DNA of 64,000 nucleotides, taken from positions 1,281-65,280 of the forward strand of contig DASTVV010000144.1 in assembly GCA_035758925.1 (NCBI GenBank), written 5' to 3'. Origin of the DNA: Gemmatimonadaceae bacterium. Its GTDB lineage: Bacteria; Gemmatimonadota; Gemmatimonadetes; Gemmatimonadales; Gemmatimonadaceae. The stretch's first letter is position 1. The number at the start of each line of letters is the position of its first letter. The position numbers were made by a program, and so were the translations under genes. The notes under the pieces were generated by a model. That model saw only the letters and a program-made list of their open reading frames with translations, had not been told where the DNA came from and ran no database searches. Positions 30,850 through 39,443 of this stretch are shown here, in pieces.

Positions 30850-31578
30850 ATGTCACCAATGAGAGACGCGTTCGCGCCGGTAGTGAAGCAGAGTCTGTCG
30901 GACAAGCTCGCCCGGCAGATTCGTTCCATGATCCACCGAGGCGATTACGCCGAGGGCGATCGGTTGCCGACGATCATGGAAATGGCGCGCCGCTGGGGCG
31001 TTGGCCACCCCACGATCCGCGAGGCACTCAAGAAGCTCGAGACGATGGGGGTGGTGGAAATCCGCCATGGCTCTGGAGTCTACGTGAGCCGCAGCGAGGA
31101 CGTGCTCGTCGTCGCTAGCCCCGACTATACCGGTACCGTCACCAAGAAGCTGCTCAGCGACCTCATTCTCGCGCGCATTCCGCTCGAGGTGCAGTCGGTA
31201 TCGTTCGCGGTGAGAAATGCAACGCCGGAGGATCTGCTCCAGATGAGCCGCCTGCTCACGACGGCGGGCCAGAACCTCACGAACGACGAGGTGCTGAACA
31301 AGGCGAACATGGCCTTCCACCGGTCCATTGCGCTCGCGTCGAAGAACACGGTGCTGGCCCAGCTGCTGGACGTGCTGCAGGAGCTGTTCACCAACGAGCA
31401 GCGCCTCATCCTGGACATCTTCGGCTCACGCAAGCGAGATCATCGCGAGCACCTGGCCATTCTGAAGGCCATCGAGGAGCGGGACGAGAAGCTCGCGGTC
31501 AAGCGCATGCGCCGGCATCTGGAAGGCGTTGAGGAAGCGGTTCAGCGCTGGGACCCGGAGCATCATCCGGTATCGTGA
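30850..31578 (+). CDS. GntR/FadR-family transcriptional regulator
   Basis: N-terminal winged HTH (LPTIMEMARRWGVGHPTIREALKKLETMGVVEIRHGSGVYV) plus a FadR-type all-helical C-domain. 242 aa. Confidence 0.88.
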   Translation: MSPMRDAFAPVVKQSLSDKLARQIRSMIHRGDYAEGDRLPTIMEMARRWGVGHPTIREALKKLETMGVVEIRHGSGVYVSRSEDVLVVASPDYTGTVTKKLLSDLILARIPLEVQSVSFAVRNATPEDLLQMSRLLTTAGQNLTNDEVLNKANMAFHRSIALASKNTVLAQLLDVLQELFTNEQRLILDIFGSRKRDHREHLAILKAIEERDEKLAVKRMRRHLEGVEEAVQRWDPEHHPVS

Positions 31579-31664
31579 GCGCCTGGTCACGTGCCGTTGC
31601 ATTCACTTGCGGAGATCAAGACACAGCTGACAGCTCAGAGCTTACAGCCGACGGCTATATCGCG

Positions 31665-32753
31665 ATGTCCCGTCCCTTCTTGCTTGCCACACTGGCGATC
31701 ATTGTGGCCGTCACTGCGTGCGGCGGATCTCCCGAAGAAACGATCACCGGTCCACAGCCGCCCCCGCCGCAGCTCGACCCACTGCGCAAGGTCCTCGCTG
31801 ATCGTGGTCTCAAGATCGGCGTCGGCACCGCAATCGGCTCACTGTTCAACAACACCACGGACCCAGCGGCAGGCCAGTACCTGACCGTGCTGACCCGCGA
31901 GTTCAACGTCATCACGCCCGAGAACGATATGAAGTTCGGGCCGTTGCGGCCGGCACAGAACCAGTTCCGCTTTTCCCGCGCGGACTCCATGGTGGCGTTC
32001 GCCGCCGCCAACGGCATGAAGGTCCGCGGCCACACGCTGGTCTGGCACCAGCAGCTTGCGTCGTGGCTCACCGGCGGAAGCTGGACGACGGATCAGGTCA
32101 AAGCCCTGCTGGATGAGCACATCGCGACGGTGGTCAGCCACTACAAGGGACAGCTGTCAGCGTGGGACGTGGTGAACGAGGCGTTCGACGACGGCGGTGG
32201 CGCACGGACCTCGAGCTTCTGGTACAGCAAGATCGGGAGTGGCTACATCGAACAGGCCTTCAAGACGGCGCGGGCCGCAGACCCAGACACGCCGCTCTTC
32301 TACAACGACTACAACATCGAGGGGATGAACGCGAAGTCCGACGCGGTGTACGCCATGCTCGCGGATTTCAAGGGGCGCGGCGTCCCCGTGGACGGCATCG
32401 GCGTCCAGATGCATCTGATCGTCGGCGCGCTCCCGCCCCTGGTCTCCATACAGCAGAATTTCGCGCGCCTGGCCGCGCTCGGCCTCAAGATTCACATCAC
32501 GGAGCTGGACATCCGCATGAACCTGCCGACGACAGAGCAAATGCTGGCCGCGCAGGCGCAGAACTATCGCGACGTCTTCAACATCTGCCTGCAGCAGTCC
32601 GCATGCGAGATGGTCGTGATGTGGGGGTTCACCGACAGGTCGTCGTGGGTGCCCGGGACGTTTCCGGGTCAGGGAGATGCGCTGATCTTCGACTCGGCGT
32701 TCCAGCCCAAGCCGGCGTACACGGCGATCAACAACCTTCTTGCAGGCAAGTAA
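31665..32753 (+). CDS. GH10 endo-1,4-beta-xylanase, lipoprotein
   Basis: ATG at 31665 gives MSRPFLLATLAIIVAVTAC (lipobox). PENDMKF, GHTLVWHQQ, WDVVNEAF and ITELDIRM motifs. Confidence 0.9.
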   Translation: MSRPFLLATLAIIVAVTACGGSPEETITGPQPPPPQLDPLRKVLADRGLKIGVGTAIGSLFNNTTDPAAGQYLTVLTREFNVITPENDMKFGPLRPAQNQFRFSRADSMVAFAAANGMKVRGHTLVWHQQLASWLTGGSWTTDQVKALLDEHIATVVSHYKGQLSAWDVVNEAFDDGGGARTSSFWYSKIGSGYIEQAFKTARAADPDTPLFYNDYNIEGMNAKSDAVYAMLADFKGRGVPVDGIGVQMHLIVGALPPLVSIQQNFARLAALGLKIHITELDIRMNLPTTEQMLAAQAQNYRDVFNICLQQSACEMVVMWGFTDRSSWVPGTFPGQGDALIFDSAFQPKPAYTAINNLLAGK

Positions 32754-32763
32754 GGCGGCGCAA

Positions 32764-35439
32764 TCACGGCTCGACTTTGATCGTTTTCTCGGCGCGAATG
32801 TCGGCGGAGGACGCCCCCACCTGAATCTTGACCCGATCGCCCTCCACCACCCAGCGGTCGGCGTCCCCATCCCAATACGCCAGCGCCGCTGCCAGTAGAG
32901 TGAACGTCACCGTCCGCGTCTGCCCCGGCGCCAGCGTCACGCGCTGATAGCCGCGGAGATCCTTGTTCGGCCGCTCCACCTTCGATCTGTCGTGCCGAGC
33001 GTAGAGTTGCACGACTTCGTCGCCGGCGCGGGTGCCGGTGTTCTTCACGTCGACGGTCACCGTCACACTGCTGTCAGCCCGAAGCGTCTCGGTGCTCGTC
33101 GTGAGGTTCGAGTACGCAAACGTGGTGTAGCTCAGCCCATGGCCGAACGGATAGAGCGGCGCGCCCTTGAAGAACCGGTACGTGTGCCCCGCCATGCGAT
33201 AGTCCTCGAACGCTGGCAGGTCCTTCACGTCTTTATAGAAGGTCACCGGCAGGCGACCGGCGGGGTTGTAGTCACCGAACAGCACGTCGGCGATCGCCGT
33301 TCCTCCCGCCTGGCCGGGGTACCATGCCTCGAGGATCGCCGGCACATGTCTCTGCGCCCAGTTCACCGCGACAGCGCTGCCGCTGAGCAGCACGACAACC
33401 GTCGGCTTACCCACGCCGACGACCCGCTCGAGGAGTTGTTGCTGGGGCGCTGGCAGGTCGATGCTCGTGCGGTCGCCACCACGGAAGCCGGGAATCTGAA
33501 CCGGCATCTCTTCACCTTCGAGGCGCGCGGTGAGCCCGAGAAACAGCACGACCGCGTCGGCTTGTCGGGCTACTTGCAGCGCCTCGGCCTCGAGGGTCTG
33601 CGGCGGCGCGGCCCACTGTAGCTGGAGCTGCGCATCGCCGTAGGACTCCTGCGCGTCCACCCGCAGCTTGTAGGTCTTGCCGCCCTCGAGCTGGAGCGGC
33701 GCGGTCATCGCCGTGCGAGGGTCAGGGAACTCCCCGTCGTGCGTCGCATACACCGATCGCACGGCGAGGCTGTCATCGAGCCACAGCTGGAACTTCATCG
33801 TTCCGATGAGCGCCAGACGGTAGGTGCCCGTATGCACGGGGCGGAACGACCCCGTCCAGCGGACGCCGAAGTCCTCCGGATTCATGTCGGAGCGCGGAGC
33901 GCCGTCACGCCATGCGGCACTCACGGTGGAATCGGTTGCGGTGAAGAGCGGCGCGCCTTCCATTGAGCGACTCGCGAAGTATTCGACGCGGAGTCCCGGC
34001 TGTCCGTCTGGCGTGACCAGCAGGTGTGTTGGTGCAACGGCCAACACCGGAAACCCCTCGGCGAGCTCCGATCCAAGCGCGTAGAGCACGCGCGTGTTGG
34101 GGACCGCTTCCCTTATCCCGCGCAGAGGCGTAACTGGATCGGCTGGCTCGCCGTTGTAGTTGCCCAGCAGCATGCGCGGCTGGTCCGCGTTGGGACCGAT
34201 CACCGCAATCGTGCCAAGGTCCTTGCGAAGCGGCAGGGCACCGCGGTCGTTCCTGAGGAGCACCATCGACTCGCGTGCAACCGCTCGCGCGAGCTCGCGG
34301 TGCGACGGCTGGTCGAGCACGCCGATCGGAATCCGCGCCCACTTCACACTGTCGGCCGGGTCGAACATTCCGAGCTTGAAGCGCGCGAGGAACAGGCGCT
34401 TGAGCGAGACGTCGATCTGCTCCTCGGTGATCAAGCCCTGCTTCACGGCGTCCACCAGGTTTGGGTAGACGCGGCCGCAGTCCAGGTCCGTGCCGGTCTT
34501 CACACCGAGCGCTGATGCTTGCGCCGCCGTCTGGACGACCTTGTGCCGAAGGTACATGTCGTCGATCGCGCCGCAGTCCGACACCACGAACCCCGGGAAG
34601 CGCCACTCGCCGCGAAGGATGTCCTTGAGCAGCATGTCGCTGCCACACGCGGTCTTTCCGTCCACGCGATTGTACGCGCACATGAGCGAATAGGCTCCGC
34701 CCTCGCGGATGCCCATCTCGAAATGCGGCAGGTAGCTCTCGCGCAGGTCGCGCTCGCTCACGACGGCGTCGAACGTGTGCCGCTCCGGTTCCGGCCCGCT
34801 GTGCACGGCGAAGTGCTTCACGGTCGCGATGGTCTTGTAATACCTGGGATCGTCGCCCTGAAGACCGCGAATGAACTGCACGGCCAAGCGGCCCGTGAGG
34901 AACGGATCCTCGCCGTAGGTTTCCTGACCGCGCCCCCAGCGGGGATCGCGGAACAGGTTGATGTTTGGCGACCAGATCGTGAGGCCCTGATAGCGAAGGT
35001 GGGTGCCCGCGCGATCGTACTCGTGGTGCTTGGCGCGAAACTCGTCCGATATCACGGAAGCCATGCGGAACACGAGGCTGTCGTTCCAGGTTGCCGCGAT
35101 GCCGATGGCCTGCGGGAACGAAGTCGCGAGGCCCGACCGGGCGACGCCATGCAGGCCCTCGTTCCACCAGTTGTATTCGGGAATGCCGAGACGCGGAATG
35201 GCGGGCGCGATGTCCTTCATCTGGAGCGCCTTCTCGTCGAGCGTCATCCTTCCCACGAGGTCTGCAGCGCGGGCGTCGAACGACAGGCCCAGGTTGCGGA
35301 ACGGCAGCGTGTCCGTGCGTCCCACGCTCCCCGACGCCGACACAGCTCCACCCGCCTGCGCCATGGCGACGGACGCGGCAGCGGCCAGCGTGACAACGGA
35401 GCAGCGAAGCGCGTGCATCACTCGCATGGAGGAAGGCAT
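32764..35439 (-). CDS. secreted GH3 beta-xylosidase/glucosidase with PA14-like insertion
   Basis: Start moved to MPSSMRVMHALRCSVVTLAAAASVAMAQ (signal). LTLDEKALQM, DPRWGRGQETYGEDP and the GFVVSDCG nucleophile motif. Insert ...FGVRWTGSFRPVHTGTYRLALIGTMKFQLWLDD resembles PA14. Confidence 0.9.
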   Translation of the reverse strand: MPSSMRVMHALRCSVVTLAAAASVAMAQAGGAVSASGSVGRTDTLPFRNLGLSFDARAADLVGRMTLDEKALQMKDIAPAIPRLGIPEYNWWNEGLHGVARSGLATSFPQAIGIAATWNDSLVFRMASVISDEFRAKHHEYDRAGTHLRYQGLTIWSPNINLFRDPRWGRGQETYGEDPFLTGRLAVQFIRGLQGDDPRYYKTIATVKHFAVHSGPEPERHTFDAVVSERDLRESYLPHFEMGIREGGAYSLMCAYNRVDGKTACGSDMLLKDILRGEWRFPGFVVSDCGAIDDMYLRHKVVQTAAQASALGVKTGTDLDCGRVYPNLVDAVKQGLITEEQIDVSLKRLFLARFKLGMFDPADSVKWARIPIGVLDQPSHRELARAVARESMVLLRNDRGALPLRKDLGTIAVIGPNADQPRMLLGNYNGEPADPVTPLRGIREAVPNTRVLYALGSELAEGFPVLAVAPTHLLVTPDGQPGLRVEYFASRSMEGAPLFTATDSTVSAAWRDGAPRSDMNPEDFGVRWTGSFRPVHTGTYRLALIGTMKFQLWLDDSLAVRSVYATHDGEFPDPRTAMTAPLQLEGGKTYKLRVDAQESYGDAQLQLQWAAPPQTLEAEALQVARQADAVVLFLGLTARLEGEEMPVQIPGFRGGDRTSIDLPAPQQQLLERVVGVGKPTVVVLLSGSAVAVNWAQRHVPAILEAWYPGQAGGTAIADVLFGDYNPAGRLPVTFYKDVKDLPAFEDYRMAGHTYRFFKGAPLYPFGHGLSYTTFAYSNLTTSTETLRADSSVTVTVDVKNTGTRAGDEVVQLYARHDRSKVERPNKDLRGYQRVTLAPGQTRTVTFTLLAAALAYWDGDADRWVVEGDRVKIQVGASSADIRAEKTIKVEP

Positions 35440-35489
35440 GGTGCGGTCGCGGCGAAAGGTGTAAGGTCTGGATCCAGCCGAACCATTAT

Positions 35490-35519
35490 TTGACACCAAG
35501 TGACCAGATGACCTAAAAT
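35490..35519 (+). promoter_or_regulatory. candidate sigma70-type promoter for glnK-amtB
   Basis: TTGACA (35490-35495), an 18-nt spacer, then TAAAAT (35514-35519), 22 nt before the GTG start of the P-II gene. Confidence 0.45.
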
Positions 35520-35540
35520 GGCGCAAGCCCCCCAACTCAC

Positions 35541-35948
35541 GTGAAGCTCATCACCGCCATCATTCGGCCGGAGAAGCTGCCAGAAGTCAAGGCCGCGCTC
35601 TTTCGCGCCGGCGTCACGGGCATGACGCTGTCGCGCGTCAGCGGACACGGAGGCGAGCGCGAGATCATCCAGTCCTACCGCGCGGAGCGAGTGCTTCTCG
35701 AATTCCACGACAAGGTTCGCATCGAGATGGCGTGCTCCGAGCCGTTTGTCGAGCCCACCATCCAGGCGATTCTCGCCGCTGGCAGAACGGGCGAAGTCGG
35801 CGACGGCAAGATCTTCGTCCAGGCGCTCGAGCAGGTGATCCGCATTCGCACGGGCGAACGCGATATCGCCGCGCTCACGCCAGTGACCGCGGACGAGGTG
35901 CAGCGCGCCGCTCAGGAGGAATTCGCGAGGGAAGGGGAGTCCGCGTGA
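35541..35948 (+). CDS. glnK: P-II nitrogen regulatory protein (amtB-linked), with C-terminal extension
   Basis: MKLITAIIRPEKL..V..AL...GVTGMT...V.G.G and the B-loop RTGEVGDGKIFV...VIRIRTGE align without gaps to GlnB/GlnK. 135 aa versus the usual 112. Confidence 0.9.
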   Translation: MKLITAIIRPEKLPEVKAALFRAGVTGMTLSRVSGHGGEREIIQSYRAERVLLEFHDKVRIEMACSEPFVEPTIQAILAAGRTGEVGDGKIFVQALEQVIRIRTGERDIAALTPVTADEVQRAAQEEFAREGESA

Positions 35949-37303
35949 CCGTGCCGCTGCAGGGTGCGGCATCCGGAATCTCGAGCGGCGACACGGCGTG
36001 GCTCCTCGTGTCCACGGCGCTCGTCATGCTCATGGTGCCGGGACTCGCGCTCTTCTACGGTGGTCTGGTGCGCAGCAAGAGCTCCCTCAACACGCTCATG
36101 ATGAGCGTGGCTGCTCTCGGCGTCGTGACGGTGCAATGGGTGCTCGTCGGGTACTCCCTTGCGTTCAGCTCGAAGTCGGCGCTGCTGGGCGGGCTGCACT
36201 GGTGGGGATTCAACGGTGTCGGCCTCGAGCCCAATCCGACGTACGCGGCCACGGTTCCGCACGTGGCCTATGCGACATTCCAGGCGATGTTCGCGGCCAT
36301 CACCATCGCGCTCGTATCGGGCGCCGTCGTCGAGCGGCTGCGCTTTCGCGCGTATCTCGTGTTCGTCGCGATCTGGACAACGGTGGTGTACGATCCGCTG
36401 GCGCACTGGGTGTGGGGCGAAGGCGGCTGGCTGCGAAACCTCGGCGCGCTGGACTTCGCGGGCGGGACGGTGGTGCATGTCAGCGCCGGGACGTCCGCGC
36501 TGGTCGCTGCGTGGATGCTGGGCCAGCGTCGCGGCCTCGGACGCATCGCGTTCGTTCCCCACAACGTGCCCTTCACCGTGCTCGGCGCCGGCCTCCTCTG
36601 GTTCGGCTGGTTCGGGTTCAACGCGGGCTCGGCGCTTGCCGCCAATGGACTGGCCGCCAGTGCGCTGCTGGCCACCCAAGTGGCCGCGAGCGCCTCGCTG
36701 ACGGTCTGGATGCTCATCGATCTCACGCGCACGGGCACGTCCACGGCCGTCGGTGCCGCCACAGGTGCGGTCGTCGGACTCGTGGCGATCACTCCCGCCG
36801 CGGGCTACGTCACGCCGCGCGCGGCGCTCGTCATTGGAGCGATTGCGGCGATCGGCAGCTACTTCGCCATTCAGCTCAGGGCCCGCACGTCGGTGGACGA
36901 CTCCCTCGACGTCTTTGCCTGCCACGGAGTCGCGGGCATCATCGGCGCGCTGCTGACTGGCGTGTTCGCCACGAAGGCCGTGAACCCTGCGGGCGCCAAC
37001 GGGCTGCTCGCCGGCAATCCCACGCAGGTGCGCATTCAGCTCATGGCGGTCGTCGCGACCATGGGCCTCGCGGGCGGCCTCACGCTGGGGATCCTCGGAG
37101 CGCTGCGCGTCGTGATGCCGCTTCGCGTCCCACTGGACCGCGAGCTCTTCGGCGTCGATCAGAGCGAGCACGGCGAAGAGGCATATCACGGCGCCGACAT
37201 CGGCGACATCACGGGCCGGCACATCTCGCTCGGCGACAGCGTGCTGATTCCCGCCAGCGACATCGGCGGCAGCGGCAGCAATCCTCGCTCCGCCTCAGCG
37301 TAG
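35945..37303 (+). CDS. amtB: ammonium transporter
   Basis: The GTG at 35945 overlaps the P-II stop (GTGA). DTAWLLVSTALVMLMVPGLALFYGG and DFAGGTVVH motifs. About 11 TM segments. Confidence 0.92.
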   Translation: MTVPLQGAASGISSGDTAWLLVSTALVMLMVPGLALFYGGLVRSKSSLNTLMMSVAALGVVTVQWVLVGYSLAFSSKSALLGGLHWWGFNGVGLEPNPTYAATVPHVAYATFQAMFAAITIALVSGAVVERLRFRAYLVFVAIWTTVVYDPLAHWVWGEGGWLRNLGALDFAGGTVVHVSAGTSALVAAWMLGQRRGLGRIAFVPHNVPFTVLGAGLLWFGWFGFNAGSALAANGLAASALLATQVAASASLTVWMLIDLTRTGTSTAVGAATGAVVGLVAITPAAGYVTPRAALVIGAIAAIGSYFAIQLRARTSVDDSLDVFACHGVAGIIGALLTGVFATKAVNPAGANGLLAGNPTQVRIQLMAVVATMGLAGGLTLGILGALRVVMPLRVPLDRELFGVDQSEHGEEAYHGADIGDITGRHISLGDSVLIPASDIGGSGSNPRSASA

Positions 37304-37335
37304 CCGACCCGAGCATCCCCGGCGCATCTTAGGCA

Positions 37336-38400
37336 ATGGTCTGGGAACAACGCTGGCATCCACTCCGGCGCGAGTGGGTCGTGGTCACCTCGCACCGGGA
37401 CAATCGGCCCTGGCGTGGAGCGGTCGTGGAGCACGCGCGGCCGCCGCTGCCGCCATACGTTGCCGACTGCTACCTGTGTCCCGGGAACGAGCGCGTGTCC
37501 GGCCGTCGAAACGCCGCGTATTCCGGCGTGTTCGTCTTCGACAACGACCACCCCTGCGTCGGCCCTGAGGCGCCGACGGACCTCGAGTCGCCAGCGGGCA
37601 TCTACCGTAACAGGCCGGCCGCGGGCCTCTCGCGCGTCGTCTGCTTCTCGCCGCGCCACGACGTCACGCTCGCGGAGCTGCCACAGGACGAGATCGTGAG
37701 CCTGCTGGTGACGCTCCAGGACCAACAGCGCGATCTGAGTTCGCGGGACGAGATCCGCAACGTCCTCATGTTCGAGAACAAGGGCGAGGTGGTGGGGGTC
37801 AGCAACCCGCATCCGCACTGCCAGATCTACGCGACGAACTTCGTCTTCAGGACCATCGAGCTCGAAGCCGAGGCTGGCGAGGAATACCTGCGTCAGAACG
37901 GCCGAGTGCTCTTTCAGGATGTCCTTGCAGCCGAGGAAGCGGATGGGCGCCGGATGATCGTTGGCGGCGCCGAGGATGCGGCGCGTGGAAGGACGCGATC
38001 CGCGGTTGCGTTCGTCCCCTACTTTGCGCGCTACGCGTACGAGACGTTCGTTGCTCCGCGGGCCACACACGCGAGCATCGCCGGTCTGTCGCGCGGCGAG
38101 ATCGACGACCTGGCCGCGGTGCTCCGCGAAACGCTGATACGGCTGGAGAATCTCTGGTGCATGCCGTTGCCGTACGTCCTGGTGCTGCACCAGGCACCGA
38201 CGGACGGTCGCCAATACCCCGGCTTTCACTTTCACATCGAGATCTATCCACCGCTGCGGAAGCCCGGGCTGCTCAAGTACCTCGCCGGCCCTGAAATTGG
38301 CGGCGGCAACTTCCTCAACGACACGTCGCCTGAAGCAAAGGCGGCCGAGCTCCGCGCCGTGTCGAGGGTGCACTACAAACATCGCGGCGCTCATGCGTGA
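37336..38400 (+). CDS. galT: galactose-1-phosphate uridylyltransferase-like (class I HIT)
   Basis: Zn motif CYLCPGNER and active-site HPHCQIYA (His-Pro-His). About 354 aa. Confidence 0.85.
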   Translation: MVWEQRWHPLRREWVVVTSHRDNRPWRGAVVEHARPPLPPYVADCYLCPGNERVSGRRNAAYSGVFVFDNDHPCVGPEAPTDLESPAGIYRNRPAAGLSRVVCFSPRHDVTLAELPQDEIVSLLVTLQDQQRDLSSRDEIRNVLMFENKGEVVGVSNPHPHCQIYATNFVFRTIELEAEAGEEYLRQNGRVLFQDVLAAEEADGRRMIVGGAEDAARGRTRSAVAFVPYFARYAYETFVAPRATHASIAGLSRGEIDDLAAVLRETLIRLENLWCMPLPYVLVLHQAPTDGRQYPGFHFHIEIYPPLRKPGLLKYLAGPEIGGGNFLNDTSPEAKAAELRAVSRVHYKHRGAHA

Positions 38401-39424
38401 GGGGGGAGGAGCGACGGACGCGAAAGTGCTGCTCGAACCGCTGCTCGCGCTGCACGACCGCATCCGCGACGCGGTGCTCCGCGCCTGCGAGCAACAGTCC
38501 TCGGCCGACCTTTCCGCGGTTGCCAGTGACGATACGTCCCCTGGCGACACGATCTACGCGATCGATCGCGTTGGCGAAGCGGCGCTCGAGGAAGGCCTCG
38601 CGGAGATCGCGCTCACCGAGCCATTGGTCCTGGTGGCGGAGGGCTTGGCCGGCGGCAAGCTGGTTCTACCCCGCGGCACGTCCGAGAGCGGATGCCGCTG
38701 GCGAATCCTCATGGATCCGATCGACGGTACGCGCGGGCTGATGTTCCAGAAGCGCAGCGCCTGGATTCTCACCGGCGTTGCGCCGAACAAAGGCGATCAT
38801 ACACGGTTGCGGGACATTACGCTTGCGGTGCAGACCGAGATTCCGCTTCTCAAGCAGCACCTCGGCGACCAGCTTTGGGCAGTGCGCGGCGGCGGCACAC
38901 AGGCGCGACGGTTCGATCGTGTGTCTGGTCGAACTGCACCGCTCACGCTGCGACCGTCCCGGGCAGGCACAATCGAACACGGGTTCTCCACGGTCGTGCG
39001 ATTCTTTCCCGGCGCTCGCGACGTTCTCGCCGCCGTCGACGATGATCTGGTGCTCGCGGTGCTGGGACCTCCGCCGGCGGGCCGCGCCGCCTGCTTCGAG
39101 GACCAGTATGCATCCACGGGCGGCCAGCTTTACGAGTTGATGGCGGGTCACGACCGTTTCATCGCTGATCTGCGACCGCTCACGATGGCGGTTCTCGCGG
39201 AGCGCGGGCTCCCGCAGCCCCTCTGCTGTCACCCGTACGACGTTTGCGCGTCATTGATCGCGGAGGAGCTGGGGGTGGTCGTCACGGACGCCTTCGGCGC
39301 GCCGCTGGACGCTCCGTTCGAGCTGGAAAGCGATGTTGCATGGATCGGCTATGCGAACGCCCAGCTTCGTGCGGTTCTCGAACCCCAGCTGCGCTTGGCC
39401 CTGCGACAGCGGAAACTGAGCTGA
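38393..39424 (+). CDS. inositol monophosphatase/FBPase-family phosphatase-like protein
   Basis: The ATG at 38393 overlaps the galT 3' end by 8 nt. Metal-binding motif [11 protein letters not shown] and a C-terminal [19 protein letters not shown] (divergent WD-x-AAG-like motif). Confidence 0.7.
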   Translation: MREGGGATDAKVLLEPLLALHDRIRDAVLRACEQQSSADLSAVASDDTSPGDTIYAIDRVGEAALEEGLAEIALTEPLVLVAEGLAGGKLVLPRGTSESGCRWRILMDPIDGTRGLMFQKRSAWILTGVAPNKGDHTRLRDITLAVQTEIPLLKQHLGDQLWAVRGGGTQARRFDRVSGRTAPLTLRPSRAGTIEHGFSTVVRFFPGARDVLAAVDDDLVLAVLGPPPAGRAACFEDQYASTGGQLYELMAGHDRFIADLRPLTMAVLAERGLPQPLCCHPYDVCASLIAEELGVVVTDAFGAPLDAPFELESDVAWIGYANAQLRAVLEPQLRLALRQRKLS

Positions 39425-39443
39425 TGACGCCCAAGACTGACAC

